The notes beneath the pieces are model-generated. The model did no database searches and was not told the DNA's origin. It saw only the letters and a program-made list of their open reading frames with translations. A program made the translations under genes and the position numbers. Shown here piece after piece: positions 18,533-29,120 of a stretch of 64,000 bases of DNA (its first letter is position 1; every line of letters begins with the position of its first letter). The DNA is taken from NCBI GenBank assembly GCA_031082145.1, contig JAVHLP010000008.1:8818-72817 (forward strand). Direction: 5' to 3'. The stretch is from a bacterium (GTDB taxonomy: Bacteria > Bacillota > Sulfobacillia > UBA995).

Positions 18533-19179
18533 GCTTGAAGCTTGAGCCGGCTACGGCCAGGAAGGCGCTGCTGGAGACTGCGGCTGAGCTCTACCAGGCC
18601 CGGCTACTGACGCCCACCGGCGGCAACATCAGCCTGCGGGCGGAACCCGACGTGATCTGGATAACGCCCCGGGGTCTCTTCAAGGGCGGCCTGCGGGAGG
18701 AGGACCTCATCCTGGTAGATGGTGACGGGCGGGTCCGGCAGGGCCGCCATCCGCCCTCGCGGGAGACCCCCTTGCACATGTCCATCTATGCCGCCCGGCC
18801 GGACGTGGGCGCCATCATCCACTCCCACCCGCCCCTGGCCATCACCTTCGGCCTTTTTGACCTGCCGGTGAAGCCGGTAACAGCCGGCGCGGTTCTGTTC
18901 CGGAACCTGCCCGTCGTGGAGTTCCTGCTCCCCGGCACGCCGGCACTGGCCCGCCGGGCAACGGAGGCCCTGGGGGACGAACCGGCCGCCCTGTTGCGTA
19001 ACCACGGTGCCGTGGTGGTCGGGGCGGATCTCAGGCAGGCTGCCGACCGCACCCACGCCCTGGAGGAAACTTGCCTCACCTTATTGCTGGCCCGTCTGAT
19101 AGCTGCGGAACCGGCGGTCATCCCTGCCGCCCTGGTAGGGAAGCTACTCTCGCCGGGCTACCCCTCCATCGGAGGATAA
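18529..19179 (+). CDS. Class II aldolase/adducin family (fuculose-1-phosphate aldolase-like)
   Basis: GGNIS, PSRETPLH, HSHP and LRNHG Zn-binding motifs. Confidence 0.9.
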   Translation: MSLKLEPATARKALLETAAELYQARLLTPTGGNISLRAEPDVIWITPRGLFKGGLREEDLILVDGDGRVRQGRHPPSRETPLHMSIYAARPDVGAIIHSHPPLAITFGLFDLPVKPVTAGAVLFRNLPVVEFLLPGTPALARRATEALGDEPAALLRNHGAVVVGADLRQAADRTHALEETCLTLLLARLIAAEPAVIPAALVGKLLSPGYPSIGG

Positions 19180-19241
19180 CGGGTGGAGCCGGGCGAAACA
19201 GGCGTCTCGGCAGGGCGAGCATCGGAGCGGGGGTTGGGGCA

Positions 19242-21101
19242 TTGAGTGATGCGAGCAAGGTACTGCTCTCGGGCAACGAGGCCGTGGCCCTCGGGGCCTT
19301 CGAGGCGGGAGTCCGGGTGGCGGCGGCCTACCCGGGCACGCCCAGTACGGAGATACTGGAGAATCTGGCCGCTTACCCCGGTGTTGATTGCGAGTGGTCC
19401 AGCAACGAGAAAGTGGCCCTGGACGTGGCCATCGGGGCCGCCTACGCCGGGCGGCGGGCCCTGGCCGTCATGAAGCATGTGGGGCTCAACGTGGCTGCCG
19501 ATTCCCTGTTCTACGCGGCCTACACCGGCCTGGGGGGAGGCGGGCTGGTGGTGGCGGTGGCCGACGACCCGGGTATGCATAGCTCTCAGAACGAGCAGGA
19601 CACCCGCCAGTACGCCCGGTTCGCCCGGGTACCGCTTCTGGAGCCCGCCGATAGCGCCGAGGCCCGCGGCTACGTGGAGGAAGCCTTCCGCCTCGGCGAG
19701 CGGTTTGACACCCCGGTACTCCTGCGTCTCACCACTCGCATCGCCCACTCCCGGGGACCGGTGCGGGTAGAAGACCCATCACCGCTGGGCGGGCGAGGGC
19801 GTCCCGCCGTGCGCGACCCCCGGCCGGTGCCCGATCCCCACCACCGTTCGGCCCGGGAGGCCCTGGCAGCACTGGCGAACGATCCCGGCAAGTACGTGAT
19901 GATACCCGGCAACGCCCGCGGCCGCCACCCGGTAGTGGAGAACAGGTTGGCCCGGATAGCCGAGTGGGCGGAGACGTGTTCCCTGAATCGGGTGGAATCC
20001 GGCGGCGGGTCCCTGGGCGTGGTCTCGGCGGGAGTGGCCTACCAGTACGCCCGGGAAGTCCTGGACGACGCGTCCTTCCTGAAGCTGGGCGTTGTGTGGC
20101 CCCTGGCCACGGGTCTGCTGCGGGCATTTGCCGCCGGTGTGGACCGGTTGCTGGTAGTCGAAGAACTCGACCCCTTCCTGGAAGAAGCCCTGTCCCTGAT
20201 GGGATTGAAGGTGGAGGGGAAACGCTATTTCCCGCTCGCCGGCGAGCTCGACCCGGCGACCGTGCGCCGCGGCGCCGCTCAGGCAGGTCTGCTGACTTCC
20301 GAGGGAGAGCCAGAAGCGGTCCCCGGCTTACCTCCCCGTCCCCCCGTGCTGTGCCCCGGCTGCGGCCACCGCCCGGTCTTCTATGCCCTGCGCCGCCTGG
20401 GAGCGGTGGTCTTCGGCGACATCGGCTGCTACACCCTGGGCGCCCTGCCCCCCCTGTCGGCGTTGCATACCTGCGGGTGCATGGGGGCCGGCCTGGGTAA
20501 CCTTCAGGGGGCGCTGAAAGCGCTGGCCGGGGAGGAAGAGGGGGAGATGGAGGGTACCCGCGGCCGGCCGGTGGCCGTGATCGGCGACTCCACGTTCTTC
20601 CACGCCGGACTCCCCGCCCTGGCCAACCTGGCTTACAATCAGGGCGGGGGGCTGGTGGTGATCCTGGACAACCGGACGACGGCCATGACCGGCCACCAGG
20701 ATCACCCGGGGACCGGTCGGACCCTGGCCGGAGAGCCGGGGCCGGCCCTGGATGCCGCCAGTGTAGCCCGCAGCCTGGGAGTAGAACAGGTGACCACGCT
20801 GGACCCCTATGACCTGGAGGGCTTCGTCGCCGTGGCCCGGGGGTACATGACCTCCGGCCGGCCGGCGGTCATCGTGGCTCGCCACCGCTGTGTCCTCCAG
20901 GCCCGGGAGCGCCGGCCGGCGGTCACCGCGGTCGCCGAAGCCTGCAACGGTTGCGGCGTCTGCCTGCGATTGGGCTGCCCCCCACTGGTCCGGGAGGGCA
21001 GTGTGGTGCGGGTTGAGGCGGCGCTATGCACCGGCTGTGGCGTCTGCGCAGCCGTGTGCCCCCGGAGCGCCCTGCTGGCGGAAGGAGCGATCCCCTCGTG
21101 A
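19242..21101 (+). CDS. iorA: Indolepyruvate:ferredoxin oxidoreductase alpha subunit
   Basis: LSGNEAVA, YPGTPSTEI, MKHVGLNVAAD, SSQNEQD, CPGCGHR, GDIGCY and GDSTFFH; C-terminal 2x4Fe-4S. Confidence 0.95.
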   Translation: MSDASKVLLSGNEAVALGAFEAGVRVAAAYPGTPSTEILENLAAYPGVDCEWSSNEKVALDVAIGAAYAGRRALAVMKHVGLNVAADSLFYAAYTGLGGGGLVVAVADDPGMHSSQNEQDTRQYARFARVPLLEPADSAEARGYVEEAFRLGERFDTPVLLRLTTRIAHSRGPVRVEDPSPLGGRGRPAVRDPRPVPDPHHRSAREALAALANDPGKYVMIPGNARGRHPVVENRLARIAEWAETCSLNRVESGGGSLGVVSAGVAYQYAREVLDDASFLKLGVVWPLATGLLRAFAAGVDRLLVVEELDPFLEEALSLMGLKVEGKRYFPLAGELDPATVRRGAAQAGLLTSEGEPEAVPGLPPRPPVLCPGCGHRPVFYALRRLGAVVFGDIGCYTLGALPPLSALHTCGCMGAGLGNLQGALKALAGEEEGEMEGTRGRPVAVIGDSTFFHAGLPALANLAYNQGGGLVVILDNRTTAMTGHQDHPGTGRTLAGEPGPALDAASVARSLGVEQVTTLDPYDLEGFVAVARGYMTSGRPAVIVARHRCVLQARERRPAVTAVAEACNGCGVCLRLGCPPLVREGSVVRVEAALCTGCGVCAAVCPRSALLAEGAIPS

Positions 21102-21697
21102 TGGAAGCCGACTTCATCCTGGCGGGAGTGGGAGGCCAGGGGATCATCCTGGCCGGCGACATCCTGGCCGGAGTGGGCCTGCAAGCCGGGTCCGACGTCA
21201 AGAAGTCCGAGGTCCACGGTATGGCCCAGCGTGGCGGTGTGGTCACCAGCCACGTCCGCTGGGGGCGGCGAGTCCGCTCGCCGCTAGCCGAGCCAGGCAG
21301 AGTGGGTTTCCTGGTCGGCTTCGAGGCCCTGGAAGCGGCCCGTGCCGCCTCCTACCTGCGACCGGGAGGGCTGGCAGTCGTAAACCGCTACCGGCTGCCG
21401 CCACCGGCCGTAACCGCCGGGGAGGCCGTCTATCCCGCCGACGACCAGGTGGCCGCTGCCATTCAGTCCCGCGGGGCCGCCCTGGAGTGGGTGCCGGCCC
21501 AGGAGGAGGCGCTGCGGCTGGGAAATCCCGCCGTGGCCGGCGTCTACCTGTTGGGGTGGCTCTCGGGGGCCGGTGTCCTGGGCCAGGCGGTGGCCGAAGA
21601 GACCTGGGTCGATGTGCTGGAAGGGCTGGTGCCTCCAGCCCACCGTGACCTCAACCGCCTGGCCTTCCGCCAGGCACGGGCGGCGCGAACGGCCTGA
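21101..21697 (+). CDS. iorB: Indolepyruvate:ferredoxin oxidoreductase beta subunit
   Basis: GVGGQG and SEVHGMAQRGG motifs. Confidence 0.93.
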   Translation: MEADFILAGVGGQGIILAGDILAGVGLQAGSDVKKSEVHGMAQRGGVVTSHVRWGRRVRSPLAEPGRVGFLVGFEALEAARAASYLRPGGLAVVNRYRLPPPAVTAGEAVYPADDQVAAAIQSRGAALEWVPAQEEALRLGNPAVAGVYLLGWLSGAGVLGQAVAEETWVDVLEGLVPPAHRDLNRLAFRQARAARTA

Positions 21698-22358
21698 ACC
21701 CCCGCGCAGCGGGGGGGCTGAGCAGGCGGCCACCGAGCCGGGTGCGGGCAACCGGGCCGAGGAGAGCCAGCCAGAACTGCAGCGCCGGCCCCCCCAGCAG
21801 GGCGCTGATCACCGTGCCGGCCCCCACCGGGCCACCCAGGAGGTAGCCGGTCCCCAGCGCGGCGAGCTCGAGGCCTGTCCTCACTCCCCCCACCGGCCGG
21901 CCGGTGATGCGGGTTAACCCCAGCATCAACGAATCGCGGGGGCCGGCCCCGAAGCCGGCCGACAGGTAGCCGGCCACGCCTAGACCCATGACCACGCTAC
22001 CCAGGAACAGGTAGAGCCAACTCCGGGCCGGTCCCGATGCAGGCGGGAGCAACCCGGCGGCCATCACCAGGTCCAGGAAGTAGCCCACCAGGATCATGTT
22101 AAGCCAGGTGCCGATCCGGGGGCGGACCCCCAGGGCCAGAGCCAGCAGGATCACGGCCAGGCCCACCAACTGGGTAGCCCGGCCCACGGTGAGCGGGAGG
22201 TGGTTGGTCAGCCCGATGTGCAGGGTTACCCAGGGAGCCACGCCCAGCCGGGCTTCGATGATCAAAGCATAGCCATAAGCCAACACGAAGAAGAAGCCAA
22301 TCAGAATGAGGCCCCTGACCAGGATGGTCGCCAGGTCGGACCCGCGGCTCGAACGCAC
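21651..22358 (-). CDS. YczE/YyaS/YitT-family membrane protein
   Basis: LGVAPW, GAGPRDSLM and GGPVGAGT motifs; multiple TM segments. Confidence 0.85.
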   Translation of the reverse strand: MRSSRGSDLATILVRGLILIGFFFVLAYGYALIIEARLGVAPWVTLHIGLTNHLPLTVGRATQLVGLAVILLALALGVRPRIGTWLNMILVGYFLDLVMAAGLLPPASGPARSWLYLFLGSVVMGLGVAGYLSAGFGAGPRDSLMLGLTRITGRPVGGVRTGLELAALGTGYLLGGPVGAGTVISALLGGPALQFWLALLGPVARTRLGGRLLSPPAARGFRPFAPPVPGGRPGG

Positions 22359-22476
22359 GCTTGCACCTTCTTCCCTGGCAGACGACTTCGTGCCCGCGCC
22401 GCCTTCTCCTCCCCCGGCCCGGCGGCGTCTGCTATAATGGAAGCAGCTATGAGCCGACCATGGGAGGTGAGGGGCG

Positions 22477-23658
22477 ATCGCTCTTGAGTTCTTGCGGGAC
22501 GAACTCGACCGGCTAGGCGACGAGGGGCTCTTGACCACCATTCGTACCATCTCCAGCCCCCAGGGAGCCCACTTCGTGGTAGACGGCCGGCAGGTGCTCA
22601 ACCTCTGTTCCAACAACTACCTGGGTCTTGCCAACCACCCGGCCCTGATCCGGGCGGCCAAGGACGCCGTTGACCGGTTGGGGGTGGGTCCGGGGGCCGT
22701 ACGCAGCATCGCCGGCACCATGTCGCTGCACGTGGAACTGGAAGAACGCCTGGCCGCCTTCAAAGGGGCCGAGGCCACGGTCAGCCTGCAGTCCGGGTTC
22801 ACCGCCAACCTTGCGGTGATACCGGTCTTGGCGGGCGAGGGCGACCTCATCTTCAGCGACGAGCTGAACCACGCCAGCATAATCGACGGCTGCCGGCTGA
22901 GCCGGGCGCGGGTTTTCCGCTACCCGCACTGCGACCCGGCGGGCCTGGACTCTGCCCTGGTCCGGGAATCAGCCCAGGCCCCGGCGGCCCGCCGGCTGGT
23001 GATAACCGACGGCGTCTTCAGCATGGACGGCGATCTGGCCCCGCTCCCCGACATCGTGGCGGTGGCCCGGCGGCACGGCGCAGCCGTGATGGTCGATGAC
23101 GCCCACGGCGAGGGTGTCTTGGGCGACCACGGGCGGGGTATTGTCCACCACTTCGGGCTCACCGGCCAGGTCGAGGTCGAGGTTGGCACCTTGTCCAAGG
23201 CCTTTGGCGTGATGGGTGGGTTCATCGCCGGCCCCCGGGCCTTGATCGACTTCATCCGCCAGCGGGGCCGGCCCTTCATCTTCTCCAGCGCCCTCACGCC
23301 CGCCGATACGGCAGCCGCCATCGCCGCCGTAGACCTCCTGGACGGAGATGACAGCCTGGTCCGGCAACTGTGGGAGAACACGGACTACTTCAAGGCCGGA
23401 CTCCGGCGGCTGGGTTTTGACACCGGCAGGAGCCAGACCCCGATCACCCCGGTGATGATCGGCGAGGCCGGCAAGGCACAAGGATTCTCCCGGTCGCTCT
23501 TCGCGCGGGGCGTCTTCGCCCAGGCCATCGGCTTCCCCACCGTGCCCCGGGGGATGGCCAGGATCCGGGCCATGATCTCCGCCGTCCACTCCCGCCAGGA
23601 TCTCGACTCGGCCCTGGAGGCGTTCCAGGAGGTGGGGCGGGAACTGGCCGTGATCTAG
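22477..23658 (+). CDS. kbl: Glycine C-acetyltransferase / AONS-family PLP enzyme
   Basis: [33 protein letters not shown] and GTLSKA motifs. The start is either ATC at 22477 or TTG at 22492. Confidence 0.85.
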   Translation: MALEFLRDELDRLGDEGLLTTIRTISSPQGAHFVVDGRQVLNLCSNNYLGLANHPALIRAAKDAVDRLGVGPGAVRSIAGTMSLHVELEERLAAFKGAEATVSLQSGFTANLAVIPVLAGEGDLIFSDELNHASIIDGCRLSRARVFRYPHCDPAGLDSALVRESAQAPAARRLVITDGVFSMDGDLAPLPDIVAVARRHGAAVMVDDAHGEGVLGDHGRGIVHHFGLTGQVEVEVGTLSKAFGVMGGFIAGPRALIDFIRQRGRPFIFSSALTPADTAAAIAAVDLLDGDDSLVRQLWENTDYFKAGLRRLGFDTGRSQTPITPVMIGEAGKAQGFSRSLFARGVFAQAIGFPTVPRGMARIRAMISAVHSRQDLDSALEAFQEVGRELAVI

Positions 23659-23727
23659 TCCCGGCAGGCAAGCGACACCGGGCGTCGAATTGAGCCTCCA
23701 AACTCGTCCCCGGGGAGGTCGGATCGC

Positions 23728-24609
23728 TTGGAGTTCATCCTCTGGCTCCAGTCTTTCAGCACACCCCTGCTCGACCGCATTTTTGCCACCATCACGGCCT
23801 TCGGTGATGAAGAGTTCTTCATGGTGGCGGGAGCCCTGGTCCTGTGGCTGGTCGACAAGCGGACCGGATTCTGGGCAGTCTTCATGGTCATCGTATCCGC
23901 CTGGCTGAACGGTTGGCTCAAGGACGTCTTCGGCGTGCCCCGTCCCGATCCGGCCATCGTACGGATCATCCGTCCTGAGCCGGGTCTGTCCTTCCCCAGC
24001 GGTCACGCCCAGAACACGACCGTCTTCTGGGGCTGCCTGGCGCTGGGATTCCGCCGCCCCCGGTTCGCCGGACTGGCGGCGGGGGTGGTCCTCCTCGTGG
24101 CTCTGTCCCGGCCTTACCTGGGGGTTCACTACCCCGTCGACGTGGTGGGGGGCATCTTCGTGGGTCTCCTGCTGCTGGCCGCCTTTCTCACCGTCGGCCG
24201 CCGGGCGGACCTTCAGGGACTTCCCGGCAAGCTCGGCTTCGCCGGTCAACTGGCCTGCGCCGTCGTTCTTCCCTTGGTTCTCCTGCTGATCTTCGTGGGA
24301 CCGGACGGGATCAAGCTGACCGGGTTCCTGGTGGGCGCGGCGGTCGGCCGGGTGCTCGAACTGCACCTGGTGCGCCAGAGCGTCCGGGGGACCATCCCCC
24401 AGCAAGTAGCGCGGGCGATACTCGGCCTGGTGGTCCTCTTTGCCTTGCGTACGGCCTTGAAGGCGATCTTCCCCGACCTTGCCTTCTTCCACTTCCTGCG
24501 TTACTCCGCCATGGCCCTCTGGGGCGTCTTTTTGGCGCCCTGGTGCTTCGTGGCTTTGCGGCTGGCCGGGAGGGAGGACCGGCGTGTCCCTCCGGCCATC
24601 ACGGCCTGA
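23728..24609 (+). CDS. PAP2-family membrane phosphatase
   Basis: KDVFGVPRP, SFPSGH and SRPYLGVHYPVD motifs. Confidence 0.92.
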   Translation: MEFILWLQSFSTPLLDRIFATITAFGDEEFFMVAGALVLWLVDKRTGFWAVFMVIVSAWLNGWLKDVFGVPRPDPAIVRIIRPEPGLSFPSGHAQNTTVFWGCLALGFRRPRFAGLAAGVVLLVALSRPYLGVHYPVDVVGGIFVGLLLLAAFLTVGRRADLQGLPGKLGFAGQLACAVVLPLVLLLIFVGPDGIKLTGFLVGAAVGRVLELHLVRQSVRGTIPQQVARAILGLVVLFALRTALKAIFPDLAFFHFLRYSAMALWGVFLAPWCFVALRLAGREDRRVPPAITA

Positions 24610-24649
24610 CGGCGGCGGGAGAACCGGCTCTTCCCGCCGGCTCTCCCGC

Positions 24650-24997
24650 TCATGGCCACAGGCGATGCAGCAGGACCCAACTCCCCCCCGGGCTGCCGCT
24701 GCTGGGACGCCGGTCGTAGTAAATGAGGAAGATCTCGCCCGCGGCCCGAACCAGGTAGTAGCAGCGGCCCATGCCGTAAGAACCTCGTCGCGACGCCGTC
24801 CGCTGGTACTCCTCGCCGTAGGACTGCTGCCGGCGGGACTGGCGGTCGAAGTCCCACCACTGCTGGAACACGGCCTCAACCCGGTAGACCCGCCGGCGCC
24901 AGTGGAACTCCTCCGGCGCCGGGGGACTGCGAGCAGGGTGGGCCTCGGGCGGCAGGACCACCTCGATCGGCTCGCCTATGAACTCCCTCCGTTTCAT
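24650..24997 (-). CDS. DUF6504-like small protein
   Basis: FIGEPIEV...PEEFHWRRRVYRV...W...IYYDR pattern. Confidence 0.7.
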   Translation of the reverse strand: MKRREFIGEPIEVVLPPEAHPARSPPAPEEFHWRRRVYRVEAVFQQWWDFDRQSRRQQSYGEEYQRTASRRGSYGMGRCYYLVRAAGEIFLIYYDRRPSSGSPGGSWVLLHRLWP

Positions 24998-25044
24998 GTC
25001 CGTCGCCTCCGAGCGATGGGTCCGGTGGGGGAGGGGGCCACGAG

Positions 25045-25602
25045 ATGAACTGGGGTGAACTCCTCCCCGGAAGCCAGCTTCCCTTCATCATAGCCAAGCC
25101 GGGGCCGTCCTTCCGTTTCCTGCACGATGTCTACGGTGTCTACCCGTCCCCCACCGGGCCTGCCCTGGTCACTGGGGACATCGTGCAAGGCCTGGCCCAC
25201 CCGGTCCGCATAGACGGCCGGGTCGTCCTCGACCAGGGGCACTACGTTCTTCGCCACGACTTCCTTGACCAGTGGTACAACCTGTGCCTGTTCTTCGCCC
25301 CTCGGGGGCGCCTCGCCGGCTACTACTGCGACCTGCAGACCCCGCTCCGCCTGGAGGGCGGCGCCGCCCATTGCACCGATCTGCTCCTGGATCTCTGGGT
25401 GTTTCCCGGGGAAGTCCAGGCCCGAGTCCTTGACCGCGACGAGTACGGGGAGGCGGTACGCGGGGGCTGGATCCCGGCAGACCGGCGCCGCATGGCGGCT
25501 TGCGCCCTCCGCCATCTCCTGGCCGCCGTGCGGGGGCGCCGCTTCCCCACGGCCCTCACGGGGACCCGGGTGCCCGGGTCCTTCCTGCGGCCCCGGCCCT
25601 AG
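25045..25602 (+). CDS. DUF402-domain protein
   Basis: WYN...YYCDL...DLLLDLWV...LDRDE pattern. Confidence 0.8.
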   Translation: MNWGELLPGSQLPFIIAKPGPSFRFLHDVYGVYPSPTGPALVTGDIVQGLAHPVRIDGRVVLDQGHYVLRHDFLDQWYNLCLFFAPRGRLAGYYCDLQTPLRLEGGAAHCTDLLLDLWVFPGEVQARVLDRDEYGEAVRGGWIPADRRRMAACALRHLLAAVRGRRFPTALTGTRVPGSFLRPRP

Positions 25603-26306
25603 AGCGACAGCGACCCGCCCGGGCGGAGGACGACAACCTCCACCCCCGGAGCCTTCTCCCGGGCCAGCCGGACGAACCCGTCCGCCGCCGGCACCAGCGT
25701 GGGAAAAGTCCCATAGTGCATGGGGATGACCTTGGCCGGCCGGAGGAGAGTCAGGGCCACCGCCGCCTGCAGGGGGTCCATGGTGAAGACGCTACCGATC
25801 GGAAGCAGCGCCAGGTCCAAGTGGTAGATCTCACCCACCAGGGTCATGCTCTCGAACAGCCCAGTATCGCCGGCGTGGTAGATCGTCTTGCCGTCCTCCA
25901 GGGTGAGCACAAAACCACAGGGCGATCCGGCCGCCGCCGAGTGGGCGGCTTGGGTCATGGTCACCTTGAGGTCACCGATGGCCACCGTGCCCCCGATGTT
26001 CATGTTGACGATGTTGCGGTCCTCCACCCCGGACCGCTTTAACACGGTGGCAACCTCGGGCTGAACGGCGACGATGGTGCCCTCCCCCTTGACCAGGGTC
26101 GGAATGTCGGTTCCGAGGTGGTCACCGTGGTCGTGGGTGACCAGGATGGCATCAGGCCCCTTGAGTTCGGCTGCCACCACGGGGCAACTGGGGTTGCCGG
26201 TGAGCCAGGGGTCGATGAGGACCGTCTTGCCGGCCGCGGTGCTGATCGCAAAGGACGCGTGACCCAGCCAGCGCACTTGGTGCGGCAAGTACTTCACTCC
26301 CTCCAT
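25599..26306 (-). CDS. Metal-dependent hydrolase (metallo-beta-lactamase fold, UPF0173-like)
   Basis: WLGHAS, THDHGDH, YHAGDT and IPMHYGTF motifs. Confidence 0.92.
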   Translation of the reverse strand: MEGVKYLPHQVRWLGHASFAISTAAGKTVLIDPWLTGNPSCPVVAAELKGPDAILVTHDHGDHLGTDIPTLVKGEGTIVAVQPEVATVLKRSGVEDRNIVNMNIGGTVAIGDLKVTMTQAAHSAAAGSPCGFVLTLEDGKTIYHAGDTGLFESMTLVGEIYHLDLALLPIGSVFTMDPLQAAVALTLLRPAKVIPMHYGTFPTLVPAADGFVRLAREKAPGVEVVVLRPGGSLSL

Positions 26307-26408
26307 CGGCGTCTCCTCGCTTCCTGATTACTCCACCCGGGCCCGGTTCGCCTGCCGGCGGCGGGGAAGGGGAGTCAGCGCCTCCTGCCGGATCCGGCCG
26401 GGGACGGC

Positions 26409-27395
26409 CTAGCCCGGCGAGACGCGACGCGCGGACGCCGTCCCGCCGGGAACGGCCCCTGCCCCTCCTCCCCTCCCCTGCCCCAGCGCCCGCAGGGCGT
26501 AGAAGGTGGCCCACTTGCTTGGCCGGCCTCGCCGGCCCGGGTTGACCGGCGGGCGCCGGGGGACGCGGTCCAGAATCCAGCGGCCGTCGGCCCGCCGACG
26601 CCCGGCCAGACGATCGATGGCCTGCCGCAGGCGGTGGTCGCCGGCCGGCTCCCCTGCCGCCAGCAGGGCCTCTACCGCCATGCCGGCGTCGTAGGCGTAA
26701 CGGGGGTAGGTGAAGACGTCCCACAGGGTCTCCATGTGGTAGCCCGCGGCCGGCAGGCCGAGCCGGCCGAGGACGAAGCCGGCCGCCCGCCGGTGGGCGG
26801 AACCGCCGCGAAAGGCCGGGATCTCCCCCAGGGCGGCCAGGCTCCAGATGGCGCAACCCAGGCACCCCCTGGCGCTCCGGTAGCCGGGCGGTCCGGCAAC
26901 CCCCTCGCAGGACCAGGCGCCATCCGGCCGCTGCAAGCTCTCCAGCCAGCCGGCCGAGCCGAGGACCCGGGAGTCCCCGGCGTAGCCCAGCCGGGCCAGG
27001 GCCCAGGCGGAACGCGCGGTGACACAGGGCACCGGCCAGCGTCCGGGGCGGCGGCGGCCGGCGGGGCGCCGCATCTGGTAGAACTCCCCCTCCGGTCCCT
27101 GGAAGGCCAACGCGAACTCCGCCGCCCGCTCCACCCAAGACTGGGTCCGGTCCAGCCCCCAGTCGGCCAGCAGCAGCAACACGAAGAAGGTGGCTCTATG
27201 TTTGGGTACGTAATATCCTGGCCCGTGCCAGGATCCGTCCGCCGCCTGGCTGTGCCGCAGTCTGGTCACGGCCAGCGAACGGAGCAGGTCGTCCCGTGCC
27301 CCAGCGGCATTTGGATCGCCCAGCAGGTCGGCCAGGGTGCGGTAGCGCACGGCGGGGTCGGCCGGCTCGGCCAGCCAGGCCAGAACCTCGTTCAT
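26409..27395 (-). CDS. Prenyltransferase/squalene-cyclase-repeat (alpha/alpha barrel) protein
   Basis: QAADGSW, QRPDGAW and RRADGRW repeats; PSKWAT near the C-terminus. Confidence 0.75.
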   Translation of the reverse strand: MNEVLAWLAEPADPAVRYRTLADLLGDPNAAGARDDLLRSLAVTRLRHSQAADGSWHGPGYYVPKHRATFFVLLLLADWGLDRTQSWVERAAEFALAFQGPEGEFYQMRRPAGRRRPGRWPVPCVTARSAWALARLGYAGDSRVLGSAGWLESLQRPDGAWSCEGVAGPPGYRSARGCLGCAIWSLAALGEIPAFRGGSAHRRAAGFVLGRLGLPAAGYHMETLWDVFTYPRYAYDAGMAVEALLAAGEPAGDHRLRQAIDRLAGRRRADGRWILDRVPRRPPVNPGRRGRPSKWATFYALRALGQGRGGGAGAVPGGTASARRVSPG

Positions 27396-27676
27396 GGCTC
27401 TCCCCCTTCGAGCTGGCGCAGCACCCGGGGCAGTTCCGCTAGCGAGGCGATCTCCCGGGGGCCGCCCCCTCCTCCTGGCCGCAGCCATATCGCCTTCAGG
27501 CCGGCCCGCCGCGCCCCGGCCACGTCGGCCCGGTAGTCGTCCCCCACACTGACCGTCGCTTCCGCCGGCGCCCCAATGGCGGTCACCGGCCGTTGGAAGA
27601 CGGGCAGGACCGCGGCTGCTCCCTCCATCGCCTCTACCCGCGGCCCCCAGTCGAAGACGACCGCCCGGATGGTCAA
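27392..27676 (-). pseudogene. Internally deleted HAD-family hydrolase
   Basis: Only 94 aa: a motif I-like AVVFDWG joined almost directly to motif IV VGDDYRADVAGA. Confidence 0.55.
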
Positions 27677-27730
27677 GGTCGCCCCCCTTGCGTCCCGGAA
27701 AAGGAGTCTGGAGCCGGTCCGGCGAGAGTC

Positions 27731-28885
27731 TCAGCCGCCCGTGCCCGGGAGCTCCACCCGGCGAAAGCGCCAGCCGCTCTCCGCCCACTCCAGGTAGTAG
27801 ACCTCGCGGCCCACCAGGCCAAGCAGGCACAGCGGGCGCTCCGAGACCGCCACCTCGGTCAGGCTACCGGTCTCCACCTGGCAGCAGACCAGGCGGCAGT
27901 TGCCCTCGTCGCCTCGCAAGGCCAGGATCAGGCATCCCGGCGGGCCGGCCATGGCGGTCGCGGCCCACACTCCTTCGGCAATGATGCGGGCGGAACCGGA
28001 GAAGAGATCCCTCACCAGAATCCGCCGCCCCTCGCCGGTGAAGGCGTGCGCTACCTGGCCGAGTACAAGGCTGGTGCCCGGCAAGAGGGACAGCAGACGC
28101 CAACCCTGTAGAGGATCGGTCTCCAGGATGGTCACCGTCCCGGTGCCGGCGTCCAGCACCCCGAAGCCGTGGGTGTGCCCCCCGCCGGTCCCGATGGCGC
28201 CCAACTCGACCACCAGCCGGTCGGGAGTCCACCAGCCCCAGGGGTAGTAGCCCCGTCCATCGGCGGTCAGCCGCTCGAGTCCCCCCGCCCGCCAGTCCCA
28301 GACCCAAAGGTCTTCTTCCAGGTCGTCATCAAACAGCGTGAAGTACACCCGCCCCCCGTCGGGCGAGAACAGCGGGCTTCTCACCTCCGCCGTCTCGGCC
28401 AGGGGGGCGATCCAGGTCTCGCCGGTCAGGGGATTGAGCGTGGCCAGCGGGCGGCCGAGGACCAGCCAGACCCCGTCATCCGACCAGGCCAGGGGGCCGA
28501 CCCGGCCTTCGGCCAGGCGTACCAGGCTCCCGTCGATACCGCCCCGGTAGACGCCGGGGGGGTCCTCCATCACCACCGCGAAAGCGTCTCCCCGGGGGCT
28601 CCAGAGCAACTCCCAGGGCCCGGCTGCACCGGTGTCGAAGCAGGCCCGCTCCTCCAGTCCGGGCAGTCCCAGCAGCCGGAGGCGATCCCCGGCCACTCCC
28701 AGCAGGAACCCGCCGCCGGGCGAGATGGCCGGTGGCGGCCGGTCGGCCAACTCCAGGTCTCCGGCCGGAGACAGCGCCGGCGGGGGGCCCGGTGGCCGGG
28801 GAGCAGGAGTGACGGTCGGGCTGCCGCAGCCGGACAAGGCCAGCACCAGCATGAGCGGGAACACAAGCGGCCGGAGGTCGGGCAA
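27731..28885 (-). CDS. Lipoprotein with TolB/WD40-like beta-propeller repeats
   Basis: Lipobox LSGC, Pro-rich linker, and WSPRG/WSDDG/FSPDG repeats. Confidence 0.75.
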   Translation of the reverse strand: MPDLRPLVFPLMLVLALSGCGSPTVTPAPRPPGPPPALSPAGDLELADRPPPAISPGGGFLLGVAGDRLRLLGLPGLEERACFDTGAAGPWELLWSPRGDAFAVVMEDPPGVYRGGIDGSLVRLAEGRVGPLAWSDDGVWLVLGRPLATLNPLTGETWIAPLAETAEVRSPLFSPDGGRVYFTLFDDDLEEDLWVWDWRAGGLERLTADGRGYYPWGWWTPDRLVVELGAIGTGGGHTHGFGVLDAGTGTVTILETDPLQGWRLLSLLPGTSLVLGQVAHAFTGEGRRILVRDLFSGSARIIAEGVWAATAMAGPPGCLILALRGDEGNCRLVCCQVETGSLTEVAVSERPLCLLGLVGREVYYLEWAESGWRFRRVELPGTGG

Positions 28886-29120
28886 GCGCGTTCCTCCCTC
28901 TGAAAAGAGTTTAGTGCGCCGGGCGGGAAAGCTCAAGGGGTGCTCCCCGGCGCCGGCAGGACCGCCGGGCCGGGGCCGGACTCCCGTCCTGTGGTCACTG
29001 GGGGACCGCGATCACCCACCAGACCTTCGTGGGGCGGTCACGCTCATGGTTGCCCGGCGGGCGATGAAAGAGCCTGGAACGGCGGGCGGACCCGGCAACC
29101 TTGCCGGATCCGCCCTCGTG

